Notes: generated by a model from the letters alone, not told the origin. 64,000 bases of DNA from Malacoraja senta (GCA_038087875.1 JAXLNO010002697.1:62001-126000), one strand, 5' to 3'; shown: positions 13,185 to 24,999, counted from the first letter of the stretch. Numbers and translations are program-made.

Positions 13185-13646
13185 ACGTGGGTGACGTTTC
13201 GGGTCGGGACTCTCCTTCAGACTGAAAATAGAGGGGAGGGAATTGGAGGTAAGAATAGAATAGAAACATAGAAAATAGGTGCAGGAGTAGGCCATTCGAC
13301 CCTTTGAGCCAGCACCGCCATTTAATATGATCATGGCTGATCATCCAGAATCAGTACCCTGTTCCTGATTTCTCCCCATATCCCTTGATTCCATTAGCCC
13401 TAAGAGCTAAATCTAACTCTTTTAAACACACGGACCAATATAGAACAAATCAGGGCCAGCAACAGGTGAACAGCAACAGCAAGGAAGGGTGGAGCCCATA
13501 ATAGCCCATTGTTGGCTGGGGAAGAGGTTATAACGAAGGGATACAATTAACATTATTACCGACCCAAAACATTGCCTATCCATGTTCTCCAGAGATACTG
13601 TCCCACTCAGATATTTTGTGTAGACCAGCATCTGCAATGGAGCAGT

Positions 13647-13674
13647 CTGAAGAAGGGTCTCGACCCGAAACGTC
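13647..13674 (+). ncRNA. Minimal type I hammerhead ribozyme core (Penelope-associated), intact
   Basis: CTGAAGA-A-GGGT(CTCG)ACCC-GAAAC-GTC: CUGANGA box, 4-bp stem II, GAAA box, palindromic ACGU stem III, GUC triplet. Confidence 0.7.
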
Positions 13675-13903
13675 ACCCATTCCTTCTATCCAGAGATGCT
13701 GTCTGACCTGTTGAGTTACTCCAGCATTTTATGTCCAGCATCAGCAGTTCTTTGTTTTCATATTCTCCCTTCTACCCATTCCTCCCCCACTCCCAATTCT
13801 TCCGTCTACACCGCATCTGCACCCAGGATGAGGTGTTCCAGACCAGGGCATCGGAGAAGTCCTCATTCTTTAGGGAACGGGGGTTCCCCTCTTCGATTAT
13901 AGA

Positions 13904-16900
13904 CAGCAGTTATCACCTATGTTTGCAGCTCGTGGAGAGGAGAGGAGATCAGGCACCTGGCACAATTCCAGGAACCTGACTCCGGTTAATCCACTCAGTA
14001 AACCGCTCACTTTAACAATACTAAATTCATTTTAAAATAGTTAAGAGATAAAGAGTGAGTAGGATATGGAATCGAATACATTTGACATATATATAAATTG
14101 TAACTGGGTGAAATAGAACTGAATTGGAAACGGTAATGACCCCATAGATTTTGGGTAATAAATACAGCGGGGCTAACTTTATACCAACTACGCCGGAAGC
14201 GTTATGGATGTCGTACCCCACAGACGAGTGGGCCACTCACTACGGTGTTGAAATTTTAGACACCGTAAATTTATTTGATTTATATATATTTTTTTTAATC
14301 ACAATATGTCACATCTGTGTGTTTTTTCTTCAAGGACAATCGCGCAGGAGAACTACCAAGGAAGTCTATAATAGAAATACTCCCAAAATAACCAGAGTCC
14401 GGAGGTATGAACGCACCACAATAATTAAGGTCATTAAAATTGGTAAAAATGCATGACGACAATCAAAAGAAAATAGGAGGAATCACATTATGTAGTTGGA
14501 ATATAAGGGGGATTAATGAACCTATTAAAAGGGGCAAGATACTAGCTCAGTTGAAATCATACAACACGGACATAGCGTTTCTACAGGAAACACATCTTAA
14601 ACAGCAAGATCAGACAAGACTGAGGGCGAACTGGATAGGCCAAACATTTCACTCTTCATTTACCTCCAAATCTAGAGGTACTGCAATTATTATTCGTAAA
14701 GGAATTCCATTTAAATCAAAGAACACTATTTTAGATAAGGAAGGGAGATATCTTATAGTAGCAGGGGAGATCAATAATATGCCAATTACGCTGGTAAACA
14801 TATATGCGCCCAACTTTGATAACCCTCAATTTTTTAATAAAATTCTGAATATAATTGCAGAATCTAATTATCAAAATGTTATAATCGGAGGAGATTTTAA
14901 TTGTGTTTTAGATCCTTATTTAGATAAATCGATGCAAAAACAAAAAGGTCAGACGAAATCTAAAACCAGTGAACTCTTACACACATATATGGAAAACACA
15001 AATATAACAGATGTATGGAGGATTGCAAACCCGACGGGAAGGGATTACTCGTTTTATTCAATGGTGCATAAAACATATTCACGGATAGACTATTTTCTTG
15101 TGGATACAAAATTAATTTCGCAATCTCTGAATCCTAAATATCATATTAATGCGATCTCAGATCATTCTCCGTTAACTTTTGTTCTAAAACTAGAAGGAAT
15201 GTCTATGAATAAACCGTTCTGGAGGTTTAACTCACAAATTTTAAAAGACCCTCAAGGGAGTATCTATCTAAAAAAACAGATGGATCTATTTTTTGAGTTA
15301 AATGATACACCAGAGATATCCCCCACGTTATTATGGGAATCCTTCAAAGCATTTATAAGAGGAGTCATTATTTCATTTCAAGCTTATCAAAATAAAAAGA
15401 ATAAGAATGAACAAAGACACTTAGAAGATCAAATAAAACAGTTAGATATAGATAATGCTAAAGACCCAACTATGGATAAACATAATAAAATACTACTACT
15501 GAAATTTCAGTTAAATAAATTACTGTCAGAGAAAGTTATAACATTATTTCAAATCACAAAACAAGAACACTTCGAATTCGGGGACAAACCCCACAAACTT
15601 CTAGCACGACAACTTAAAAAACGGGAAAAAGAGAATGCAATATTAAAGATTAAATCAGATAGAGGGGAAGTATTAACACTACCCAAGGATATTAATAAAA
15701 GATTTGCTCAATTTTACCAGAATCTATACACATCTAAAACGTCAATAGACAATAATAAAATCTCAGAATTTTTAGATAATTGTAATCTACCACAATTAGA
15801 ACGCAGGGAACAAGAGGAACTGGGAGCACAAATTACTTCTAAGGAGATAGAAGACACAATAAAAACACTAAAAAATGGAAAAACACCAGGACCAGACGGA
15901 TTCAGTAATGAATTTTATAAATCTTTTTATGATATAGTTACTCCACGATTACAAAAAATGTATACATATGCTTATAAAGAGCAAAACCTACCTGAAACAC
16001 TAGCGGAATCAACGATCATATTAATACTTAAAAAAGATAAAAATATAGAAGAACCAGGATCATATAGAGCTATTGCTTTGTTAAATACGGATCAGAAAAT
16101 AATAGCAAAAACATTAGCCAATAGATTAAGCAAGTATGTTAGTAGACTAATACATGAGGATCAAACAGGATTTATACCTAAGAGACACTCATTTAATAAT
16201 TTGAGACGTTTGCTTAACATAATGCATTCACATAAATCTTATGACCAAGAGTTAGCTATCATCTCACTGGACGCAGAAAAAGCGTTTGATCAAGTAGAAT
16301 GGGACTATATGATCAAAGTATTGCAAAAATTCCAATTGGGAGAAAACTTTATTGCATGGATAAAACTACTATATAACAAACCTACGGCTAGAATACTAAC
16401 TAATAATATATTATCTTCAAAATTCGAATTATCTAGGGGCAACAGACAAGGATGTTCACTATCACCGCTGTTATTTGCTTTGGTAATTGAACCCCTTGCT
16501 GAAAAAATAAGAACACACTCGAATATTCACGGTTATAACACAAAATATTCAAACAACAAACTATCCCTATATGCTGATGATGTACTACTGTACATCACAA
16601 AACCACAAATTAGTATACCAAATATATTAAACTTAATTGAGGACTTTGGATCCTTTTCAGGATATAGAATAAATTGGAACAAAAGTGAAATTATGTCGAT
16701 TAAACCAAAAGACTCAACACATCTCAGGAAATTCCCTTTTAAAATAGCTATGGAAAAATTCAAATATTTAGGAATTGAGATTACTAGAAATTACCATGAT
16801 ATGTTTAAAGCTAATTATAATCCCCTACTTAAGAAATTAAATAATCTGATTAAATTTTGGAAAACACTTCCGATGTCCTTAATAGGTAGGATAAATGCTA

Positions 16901-18647
16901 TAAAAATGATTTTCTTACCACAAATCCTTTACCTATTTCAATCAATACCTATATATCTCCCAAAAAAGTTTTTCAAAAAACTGGACTCAGACATTACAAA
17001 TTTTATATGGGATTACAAATCCCACAGAATACAAAGAACACACCTTAACAAACGAAAAGAGTTGGGGGGTCTAGCGCTCCCTAACTTTATGTATTATAAC
17101 TGGGCAGTAAATATTAAAAATATGATTCACCTGCTGGACAATTCTGCCCAGCAGGTGGACTGGATTATAATGGAAAAAGGGGATTGCTCCCCGAATAATA
17201 TAGGAGCGATTATTCTCTCTCCAATAAATTTGAATAATAAAAATTATAATAAAAATCCAATTATATATAGCACTATTAGAACATGGAAGCAAATAAAACA
17301 GAATCTAAAATTAAGAAACCTATCTCTCTTAATACCAATAGTCAATAACCCATCGTTTAAACCTTCAATCATAGATAAAGCATTTATACAATGGGAAAGA
17401 ATGGGAATTAAAACGCTCGAAGATCTGTATGAATTAGAAAAATTACTATCATTCCAACAACTACAACTGAAATATAATTTGAAAAATAATCAATATTTTA
17501 AATATCTACAAATCTGTGACTATTTGAAAACACACACAAAAGATTATTATAATATGCCTTCCGACTTACTAGATGAAGCAATGAAGACAAAGGCGGAATC
17601 AGTTAATTTAATATCATACTTATATAATATCATCTTAAATATAGAAATACCCACAACAGATGGAATTAGAAGAGATTGGGAACAAGATCTAGGTATAAAA
17701 ATTTCAAAAGAGAGTTGGGATAATCATTTATTACAGGTGCATAAATGCTCGATCAACGTACGACATACGCTTATCCAATTTAAAACATTACATAGATTAT
17801 ATTATTCAAAAACCAAACTAAATAAAATCTTTCCTAACGTCTCACCAATCTGTGATAAATGTATATGTCAAGAAGCTACCATAGCACATTCTTTTGTTTT
17901 TTGTACAAAAATCCAAAAATTCTGGTTTGAAATATTTGATATTTTTTCAAAATTAATCAAAATAAAACTGGTACCAAAACCAGAATGGATTATTTTTGGA
18001 ATATCGGAAGGTATTCCTGAATTAAACGTGTATCAGAAGAATTTACTCAATTATGGGCTAATAATGGGAAAAAAGCTTATACTTAAATTCTGGAAAAATG
18101 CGCCCACACCAACAATAAAAATGTGGACATCAAATATGTTGGAAACATTACATCTGGAAGAGATGAGATTCCTCCTAGTAGGCAAAGTAGATCAATTTCA
18201 AAAGACGTGGTCTACGTTTTTGGACCTATTACAAGCATGAGGTGCAATAGTAATTTAGAAAAACAAATAAATAAATAAAAGGTATCTGGACCTGGTAATG
18301 GGAGGTAAAATAAAAACAGACTTGGTTGGTAGTTCCTTCTCTATGAAGTATGGTATAAGAGTTATAATAGAGCGATTGTTCCTTCTTTCTTTCTCTTTTT
18401 TTTTTCTAGGGTCTATTTTCTAACTTTACTTCCTTCTCTAACTTCTTTTCTAAGGGGCTTTCTTTTCCCAACACTCTTTTGCACTTCACAACCTTTGCGC
18501 ACTTTCTTCACTTTTCTTACTTCTTTCTTTTTCTTTCTTAAAGTTTAAAAAAGTGAAGCGGTACAAAAAATGTATTAATATATACGTGTTGTACATTACT
18601 GTAATCTACCGTACTTCTAAAAAATAAAAAAAATAAAAAAAATAAAA
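13904..18647 (+). mobile_element. L1-clade LINE, 5'-truncated, with poly(A) tail and ATAGA TSD
   Basis: TSD at 13899-13903 and 18648-18652 at a TT|ATAGA site; A-rich tail 18619-18647; T-rich 3' UTR. Confidence 0.92.
14440..18240 (+). CDS. L1 ORF2p: APE endonuclease, reverse transcriptase and C-terminal Cys-rich domain, uninterrupted (first ATG at 14449)
   Basis: SWNIRG, FLQETH, GGDFN, SRIDYF and SDHS endonuclease motifs; PGPDG, DAEKAFD, QGCSLSP and YADD RT motifs; CDKC...H...C. Confidence 0.97.
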   Translation: MVKMHDDNQKKIGGITLCSWNIRGINEPIKRGKILAQLKSYNTDIAFLQETHLKQQDQTRLRANWIGQTFHSSFTSKSRGTAIIIRKGIPFKSKNTILDKEGRYLIVAGEINNMPITLVNIYAPNFDNPQFFNKILNIIAESNYQNVIIGGDFNCVLDPYLDKSMQKQKGQTKSKTSELLHTYMENTNITDVWRIANPTGRDYSFYSMVHKTYSRIDYFLVDTKLISQSLNPKYHINAISDHSPLTFVLKLEGMSMNKPFWRFNSQILKDPQGSIYLKKQMDLFFELNDTPEISPTLLWESFKAFIRGVIISFQAYQNKKNKNEQRHLEDQIKQLDIDNAKDPTMDKHNKILLLKFQLNKLLSEKVITLFQITKQEHFEFGDKPHKLLARQLKKREKENAILKIKSDRGEVLTLPKDINKRFAQFYQNLYTSKTSIDNNKISEFLDNCNLPQLERREQEELGAQITSKEIEDTIKTLKNGKTPGPDGFSNEFYKSFYDIVTPRLQKMYTYAYKEQNLPETLAESTIILILKKDKNIEEPGSYRAIALLNTDQKIIAKTLANRLSKYVSRLIHEDQTGFIPKRHSFNNLRRLLNIMHSHKSYDQELAIISLDAEKAFDQVEWDYMIKVLQKFQLGENFIAWIKLLYNKPTARILTNNILSSKFELSRGNRQGCSLSPLLFALVIEPLAEKIRTHSNIHGYNTKYSNNKLSLYADDVLLYITKPQISIPNILNLIEDFGSFSGYRINWNKSEIMSIKPKDSTHLRKFPFKIAMEKFKYLGIEITRNYHDMFKANYNPLLKKLNNLIKFWKTLPMSLIGRINAIKMIFLPQILYLFQSIPIYLPKKFFKKLDSDITNFIWDYKSHRIQRTHLNKRKELGGLALPNFMYYNWAVNIKNMIHLLDNSAQQVDWIIMEKGDCSPNNIGAIILSPINLNNKNYNKNPIIYSTIRTWKQIKQNLKLRNLSLLIPIVNNPSFKPSIIDKAFIQWERMGIKTLEDLYELEKLLSFQQLQLKYNLKNNQYFKYLQICDYLKTHTKDYYNMPSDLLDEAMKTKAESVNLISYLYNIILNIEIPTTDGIRRDWEQDLGIKISKESWDNHLLQVHKCSINVRHTLIQFKTLHRLYYSKTKLNKIFPNVSPICDKCICQEATIAHSFVFCTKIQKFWFEIFDIFSKLIKIKLVPKPEWIIFGISEGIPELNVYQKNLLNYGLIMGKKLILKFWKNAPTPTIKMWTSNMLETLHLEEMRFLLVGKVDQFQKTWSTFLDLLQA

Positions 18648-19257
18648 ATAGATGAGGCTCTCACCAGGGTCTCCTCTATATCCCGCAGCTCTGCTCTCAC
18701 TCCCCATCACCCTACTCGTAACAAGGACAGAGTCCCCCTTGTCCTCACCTTCCACCCTACCAGCCGTCGCATTTGCTTTCACCTCCTTTCCCCATTTTGT
18801 ACCAACATTTGATACAGTAACATTTAAACGACGGAGGAAGGAACTACAGATGCTGGTTTACACTGAAGATAGACACAAAAAACAGCGGGTTAGACAACAT
18901 CTCTGGAGAAAAAGAATATGTGACATTTTGGTTTCAGACTCTTCTTCGGACTCAAGTCTGTTGCCATCTGTAAAACATCTGTCATGTTTCAATGGTAGAC
19001 TTCCAAAATATATTGGACATTTGGGCACAATTTCAGAAAGTGTGGTGCGTAGGTCCCGAAATGAAAGCGAGGAGCCAGGTATTTCGGGAGGCACCTTTAT
19101 TTATGTCCTTCTAGATTGTAGGGAAGTCCACGAGAGAAAGATGGCACCCAAACCCTTGCCTTTAAACCTCTGGTTAAGGGCCGCCTCTGGACTGAACCAT
19201 TCCCGTGCCGAGGGGTTTGACAGTTAGGATGGTCCGACCCTTGGGAGCCGCCACAAA

Positions 19258-19557
19258 AGTTTAGATTAGAGATACAGTGTAGAAACAGGCCCTTCAGCCC
19301 ACTGAGTCCGTGCCGACCAGTGATTACCCGCACACTAATACTATCCCACACACTAGGGACAATTTACTATTTTATCAAAGCCAATTAAGCTACAAACTTG
19401 TACATCTTTGGACAGTGGGATGAAACCAGAGCCCCCCGGAGAAAACCCACTCAGTCACGGGCCGAACGTACAAAATCCGTACCAACAGGACCCGTATTCA
19501 GAATCGAACCTGGGTCTCTAGCGCTGTGAGGTAGCAACTGTACCGCTGTGCCGCCCC
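19258..19557 (-). mobile_element. V-SINE (HE1-like), full length
   Basis: A-box, B-box, central domain and CR1-like tail ending (CTAAA)n. Confidence 0.88.
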
Positions 19558-20057
19558 TGAATGTATCCAACTGTAAATCCTTGGTGTTGCACCTGTTACA
19601 TAGTTCTCTTGAATGAGCTTTCCAATTACACAAAGTGGCGTTCTCTGTTACAGGATTCTCAGTAGGATTTGCATTAGAGTGCAAGGATTTCTGGCTGCCC
19701 ATTGCTATGAATCCAGCTGTTTTCCTTGCTGGTTCTGGTTAGACAGATGTTTCCCATAAATAGTCTAATGATCCAAATGAATTGGAGAAGTGAGATTCAC
19801 AACAATCCAGAAATCAGTTTAGCATTTTGATTAATATGTTCTTTTAAACAAGATTAGTCATGGAATGTGCAACTTCTCATGTATGGTCTGTAAACTCTTC
19901 CTATATTGTGATCTAATTATGCTTCTAAACTGATAGCCAAACATCAACATCAACATTCCCTGTGTTCCCATTCTATTTTCACTTGGTTCTCAGAATAAAA
20001 ATTTTAAACTTTGGAGATTACTCCACCTTATTTTCTCTTACATCTTCAAGCTTTGCA

Positions 20058-21052
20058 AAACCATATAACCATATAACCATATAACCATAACAGCACGGAA
20101 ACAGGCCATCTCGTCCCTTCAAGTCCGTGCCGAACATTTTTTTTAAATTATTATTATTTTTTTTAATTAAAAATAAATACTTCCCCCTAGTCCCATCTAC
20201 CTGCACTCAGACCATAACCCTCCATTTCTTTCCCGTCCATATACCCATCCAATCTATTTTTAAAGGATAACATCGAACCTGCCTCCACCACTTCCACTGG
20301 AAGCTCATTCCACACAGCTACCACTCTCTGAGTAAAGAAGTTCCCCCTAATGTTCCCCCTAAACTTCTGTCCCTTAATTCTCAAGTCATGTCCCCTTGTT
20401 TGAATCTTCCCTACTCTCAATGGGAAAAGCTTATCCACGTCCACTCTGTCTAACCCGCTCATAATTTTAAAGACCTCTATCAAGTCCCCTCTTAACCTTC
20501 TGCGCTCCAAAAAATAAAGACCTAACTTGTTAAACCTTTCTCTGTAACTTAGTTGCTGAAACCCAGGCAACATTCTAGTAAATCTCCTCTGTACTCTCTC
20601 TATTTTGTTGACATCCTTCCTATAATTAGGCGACCAAAATTGTACTCCATACTCCAGAATTGGCCTCACCAATGCCTTGTACAATTTTAACATTACATCC
20701 CAACTTCTATATTCAATGCTCTGATTTATAAAGGCCAGCACACCAAAAGCTTTCTTTACCACCCTATCTACATGAGATTCCACCTTCAGGGAACTATGCA
20801 CAGTTATTCCTAGATCCCTCTGTTCAACTGCATTCCTCAATTCGCTACCATTTACCGTGTACGTCCTATTTTGATTTGTCCTGCCGAGATGTAGCACCTC
20901 ACATTTGTCAGCATTAAACTCCATCTGCCATCTTTCAGCCCACTCTTCCAAATGGCCTAAATCTCTCTGTAGACTTTGAAAATCTACTTCATTATCCACA
21001 ACACCACCTATCTTAGTATCATCTGCATACTTACTAATCCAATTTTCCACAC
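20058..21052 (-). mobile_element. Young CR1 (HER1-like) LINE 3' fragment
   Basis: Open RT C-terminus (YADDTK...GRWD*) nearly identical to 58520-59497; (TGGTTATA)n tail. Confidence 0.95.
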
Positions 21053-21067
21053 CAAATAACCAAATAA

Positions 21068-21312
21068 TTAGTTTAGTTGAGTGATACAGCATGGAAACAG
21101 GTCCTTGGGCCCACCGGGTCCGCTCCAGCCAATGATCATCCTACACACTAGGGACAATGTACAGAAGCCAATTAACCTACAAACCTCCATGTCTTTGGGA
21201 TGTGGGAGGAAACCGGAGCACTCGGAGAAAACCCACGCGGTCACGGGGAGAACATACGAACTCCGTAGAGACAGCACCCGTAGTCAGGATCGAACCAGGG
21301 TCTGTCGCACCA
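21068..21312 (-). mobile_element. V-SINE
   Basis: B-box, central domain and tail. Confidence 0.85.
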
Positions 21313-21324
21313 AAGGTTCTTAAT

Positions 21325-22190
21325 GATAGACACAAAGTGCTGGAGTAACTCAGCAGGTGAGCCAGCATCTCTGGAGAAAATGGATAGGTGACGTTTCACA
21401 GAGTGTTGGAGTAACTCAGTGGGTCAGGCAGCATCTCTGGAGAAAATGGATAGGTGACGTTTCACAGAGTGTTGGAGTAACTCAGCGGGACAGGCAGCAT
21501 CTCTGGAGAACATGGATAGGTGACGTTTCACAGAGTGCTCGAGTAACGCAGCGGGTCAGGCAGCATCTCTGAAGAAAATGAATAGGTGACGTTTCACAGA
21601 GTGCTCGAGTAACTCAGTGGGTCAGGCAGCATCTCTGGAGAACATGGATAGGTGTCGTTTCGGATCAGGACCCTTCTTCGGACTGATTGTGGGTGGGAGG
21701 GGGTGGATTGGAAGCAAGAAAGGACCAGGACAAATCAGGACCGGCAACAGATTACCTCAGGCAAGGACAGTACAGAAACATAGAAAATATGTGCAGGAGT
21801 AGGCCATATGGCCCTTTGAGCCAGCATCGCCATTCAATATGATCATGGCTGATCATCCAGAATCAGTACCCCGTTCCTGCTTTCTCCCCATATCCCTTCA
21901 TTCTGTTAGCTCTTAGAGCTATATCTAACTGAAAGGCTGATTATCTGCTAGGGATGGTGTGAATCTGAGGAATATATTGTGAACTGTGGAACTAATTAAC
22001 TGACTTTTAGTGCAAGAAGGGGGTGGGAGGGTGGAGGGGGGGGGAAGGAGAGGAGGAAGGGGAGCATATGTAGAAGTTACCTTAACTCAGAGAATCCAAT
22101 GTTTACATTACTGGGTAGTGAGTTGTTCCTCCATGTTGTGTACAGCCTCAATCTGGCAAAGGAGGAGGCCCGGGACACATTTCTTAAAGT
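21325..22190 (-). mobile_element. Penelope-like 3' remnant: endonuclease C-terminus, 3' UTR, hammerhead-bearing terminal repeat and tandem array
   Basis: VPGLLLCQIEAVHNMEEQ...NVNIGFSELR* at about 22075-22190, then a pyrimidine-rich UTR and a CCGAAGA...GAAACGAC core; interrupted by a CR1 tail at about 21770-21930. Confidence 0.7.
21339..21668. repeat. Tandem array of five 66-bp units
   Basis: GGTG(A/T)CGTTTC recurs at 21387, 21453, 21519, 21585 and 21651. Confidence 0.95.
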
Positions 22191-22544
22191 CACACACATG
22201 CCGTAGGTAGAACAATGGAAGATAGACTATATTCCTCACCAATGTGAGGTGAAGTACTTGGTGAGGGCTATTCACGGTGGGAATGCGTAGGGAATGGTGG
22301 ATTCCTACGGAGTATTGAGGAATGGGGACTTTGGAGTTCGAGGATCCTTGAAATTGGCAACATTTAAGGTGGTAAAGAAGGCATACAGGATATTTACCTT
22401 CAATATCTGTTATCTCTACTACTGATTTTCCAGCATCCTTGGTTCCAGAGCCTTTCTGGATTATCTGTTTTGCCGGACCAACAGTGAAGTGGTTTTTTGG
22501 TGTGGGCTATCCAGTCAGTGGAAAGGCTATACATGAATCCCAGA

Positions 22545-22848
22545 ATACATACATCTTAGAATAAAGGGGAGGCCATTTGAGACTGAGGTGAGAAAAGACT
22601 TTTTCACCCAGAGAGTTGTGAATTTGTGGAATTCCCTGCCACAGAGGGCAGTGGAGGCCAAATCACTGGATGGATTTAAGAGAGAGTTAGATAGGGCTCT
22701 AGGGGCCAGTGGAGTCAAGGGATATGGGGAGAAGGCAGGCACGGGTTATTGATAGGGGACGATTAGCAATGATCACAATGAATGGCAGTGCAGGTTCGAA
22801 GGGCCGACTGGCCTCCTCCTGCACCTATTGTCTATGTTTCTATGATAA
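22545..22848 (+). mobile_element. CR1 LINE 3' end
   Basis: ttttcacccagagagttgtgaat...gaagggccg...ctcctcctgcacc (ctatgttt)n tail. Confidence 0.85.
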
Positions 22849-22923
22849 CAACCAAACCCCTCCTCTAGTAGGGAAACAAAAATGCAGCATCTATGGAGCG
22901 GAGGAAATAGGCAACGTTTCAGT

Positions 22924-22951
22924 CTGAAGAAGGGTTTGGGCCCGAAACGTT
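22924..22951 (+). ncRNA. Minimal hammerhead ribozyme core, intact, variant stem II and GUU triplet
   Basis: CTGAAGA-A-GGGT(TTGG)GCCC-GAAAC-GTT; stem II pairing kept despite sequence changes. Confidence 0.65.
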
Positions 22952-23207
22952 GCCTATTTCCTTCGCTCCATAGATGCTGCTGCACCCGCTGAGTTTCTCC
23001 AGCATTTGTTTACCTTCCATTTTCCAGCATCTGCAGCAAAGATACTAGAGGATCCGCGATATAATCTTTGATCTGCAGTTCCTTCTTCAACACTTTGTCC
23101 TCGAGTATCTTTGTTGTCCACAAAGGCGCTTCCGGCGGGAGGGGGGACGGGACAGTTTAGGAGTGGGTTTTTGTTGTTGTTTGGTGTATTGAGGGTGGGA
23201 TGGAGAG

Positions 23208-23358
23208 NNNNNNNNNNNNNNNNNNNNNNNNNNNNNNNNNNNNNNNNNNNNNNNNNNNNNNNNNNNNNNNNNNNNNNNNNNNNNNNNNNNNNNNNNNNNN
23301 NNNNNNNNNNNNNNNNNNNNNNNNNNNNNNNNNNNNNNNNNNNNNNNNNNNNNNNNNN
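23208..23358. other. Assembly gap (151 N)
   Basis: Run of N. Confidence 1.
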
Positions 23359-23361
23359 GAG

Positions 23362-23600
23362 AGTGGGTTTGTAGGTTAATTGGTTTCTGGTAAAGATTGT
23401 AAATTGTCCCCCTGTGTGTGTGTAGGATAGTGTTAGTGTGCGGGGATCGCTAGTCTGCACAGACTCGGTGGGCCGAAGGGCCTGCTTCCGCGCTGTATCT
23501 CTAAACTAAACTAGTGTGTGAACGGACGATCGCTGGTCAGCACAGACTCGGTGGGGCCGAAGGGCCTGTTTCCGTGCTGTATCTCTAAACTAAACTGGTC
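23362..23600 (+). mobile_element. V-SINE 3' half with tandemly duplicated tail
   Basis: cagactcggtggg(g)ccgaagggcctg...tatctctaaactaaact occurs twice in a row. Confidence 0.85.
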
Positions 23601-24087
23601 TAAACTGGTTGAAGAACATAATTCAAACATCAAGTTGTCTACCTTGGATTTTTCCAGCATCTGCAGTTCTTTCTTAAACATGTACTTGTTCCTTGTACTT
23701 TTCCTGAGTGTATGATGGGGGTAATATGGAGTGAGCTTTACCCAAAATCAAATGTGAGGTAAGAGTCGTTTAATTGTCATATGTATCAACAATAGAACAA
23801 CAAAATTCTGACTTGCTGCAGCTTCACCTGCATGTAACTGCAATAACACAGAGATAATATAAAACAACCAATAAAACAATAAATTAATAACTGTAATAGT
23901 GGACTATCATAATAGTGCAAAAAACTAAATTCATATTACATTCAAAGACAGTCCGTAGATGATCATAGATGCTGAAGTTAGTTTTGTGTGGTGTTGAAGA
24001 GCCTGATGTTTGCTGAGAAGAGACTATTCTTGAATCTGGTTGTCACGGTTTTCAGGCTGCTGTATCTTTCCCTATATCTATACTTAG

Positions 24088-24394
24088 GGGCGGCAGGGTG
24101 GCACAGCGGTAGAGTTGCTGCCTTATAGCACCAGACACCAGGGTTCGACCCTGACTATGGATGCGGTCTGCACGGTGTTTGTATGTTGGGTGAACGCATG
24201 GGTTTTCTCCGGGTGCTCCAGTTTCCTCCCACACTCCAAAGACGTACAGGTTTGTAGGTTAATTGGTTTGTAAATTGTAATTTGTACCTAGTGTGTGTAG
24301 GATAGTGCCAATGTAAAGGGATCATTGGTCTTCGCAAACTTGGTAGGCCGAAAGGCCTGTTTCCACGCTGTATCTCTAAACTAAACTAAACTAA
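24088..24394 (+). mobile_element. V-SINE (HE1-like), full length
   Basis: TGGCACAGCGG A-box, GGTTCGACCC B-box, (CTAAA)n tail. Confidence 0.9.
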
Positions 24395-24439
24395 TTCTGC
24401 CCTGAGAGTGTGTGCATGGACAACGCAGACACAGCTTAA

Positions 24440-24752
24440 AGGCCCTGTCCCACTGTACGAGCTAATTCAAGAGTTCTCCCGAGTTTCCCCCGATTCGAAC
24501 TCGGAGAATTACGGTAATAGCCGCTCGTAGGTACTTGGGGCTCTCGTGGACTTTTTTCAACATGTTGAAAAATCTTCACGAGTCTTCACGAGCTTACCGC
24601 GTTTCCCGAGTACCTGCCGTTAGCGTTACGAGCCGCTAGGAGACTTCCCGAGCTCCGACGTACCCGCTACGTACATTCTACGTGCTTACCACGAGTTTAA
24701 TTTTTTTAACTCGGGAGAGCTCTTGAATTACCTCGTACAGTGGGACAGGCTT
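24440..24752 (+). mobile_element. MITE, PIF/Harbinger-like (copy 1)
   Basis: TIR GGCCCTGTCCCACTGTACGAG; TTA/TGA-type flanks; inverted homolog at 39182-39498. Confidence 0.7.
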
Positions 24753-24999
24753 TGAATTTTCTTTTTAAAAGGCAGTATATTGAGGCAACTGGCAGAATTG
24801 GTGCCCCTCTGCTACAGCAACTTGGATTCAATCCTGATCTCGGGTACAACGTGTATCATTTTCTTGTTCTCCCTATGACACGAGGATCTCCACCAAATGC
24901 TCCGTTCCTCCTATATCTCAAAGACATGCGAGTTGGTTGGTTAATTGAATTTTGTAAATTGCCCAGTGCGTGATTGGATGACAGATGTTGTCTATGTTT

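Larger units (their letters stand above)
13775..18780 (+). mobile_element. Penelope-like element RT C-terminal fragment (13775-13903 and 18653-18780), split by the L1
   Basis: LPHSQFFRLHRICT...RERGFPSSIID joins EALTRVSSISRSSAL...KDRVPLVLTFHPTS across the L1. Confidence 0.85.

Noticed and set aside
19654-19737. Possible phase-1 exon on the plus strand (FSVGFALECKDFWLPIAMNPAVFLAGS)
   Set aside because: Plausible AG/GT ends, but a weak donor, no recognisable homology and no partner exons.
21339-21668. CRISPR-like periodicity
   Set aside because: Whole units repeat with no unique spacers, no cas genes are present, and the context is a eukaryotic Penelope repeat.
23040-23207. Unusual unique sequence next to the gap
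   Set aside because: It abuts the N-run and may be low-quality sequence; no interpretable feature.
24088-24160. tRNA genes
   Set aside because: These are tRNA-like heads of SINEs with A/B boxes; they continue into SINE bodies and lack a full cloverleaf.
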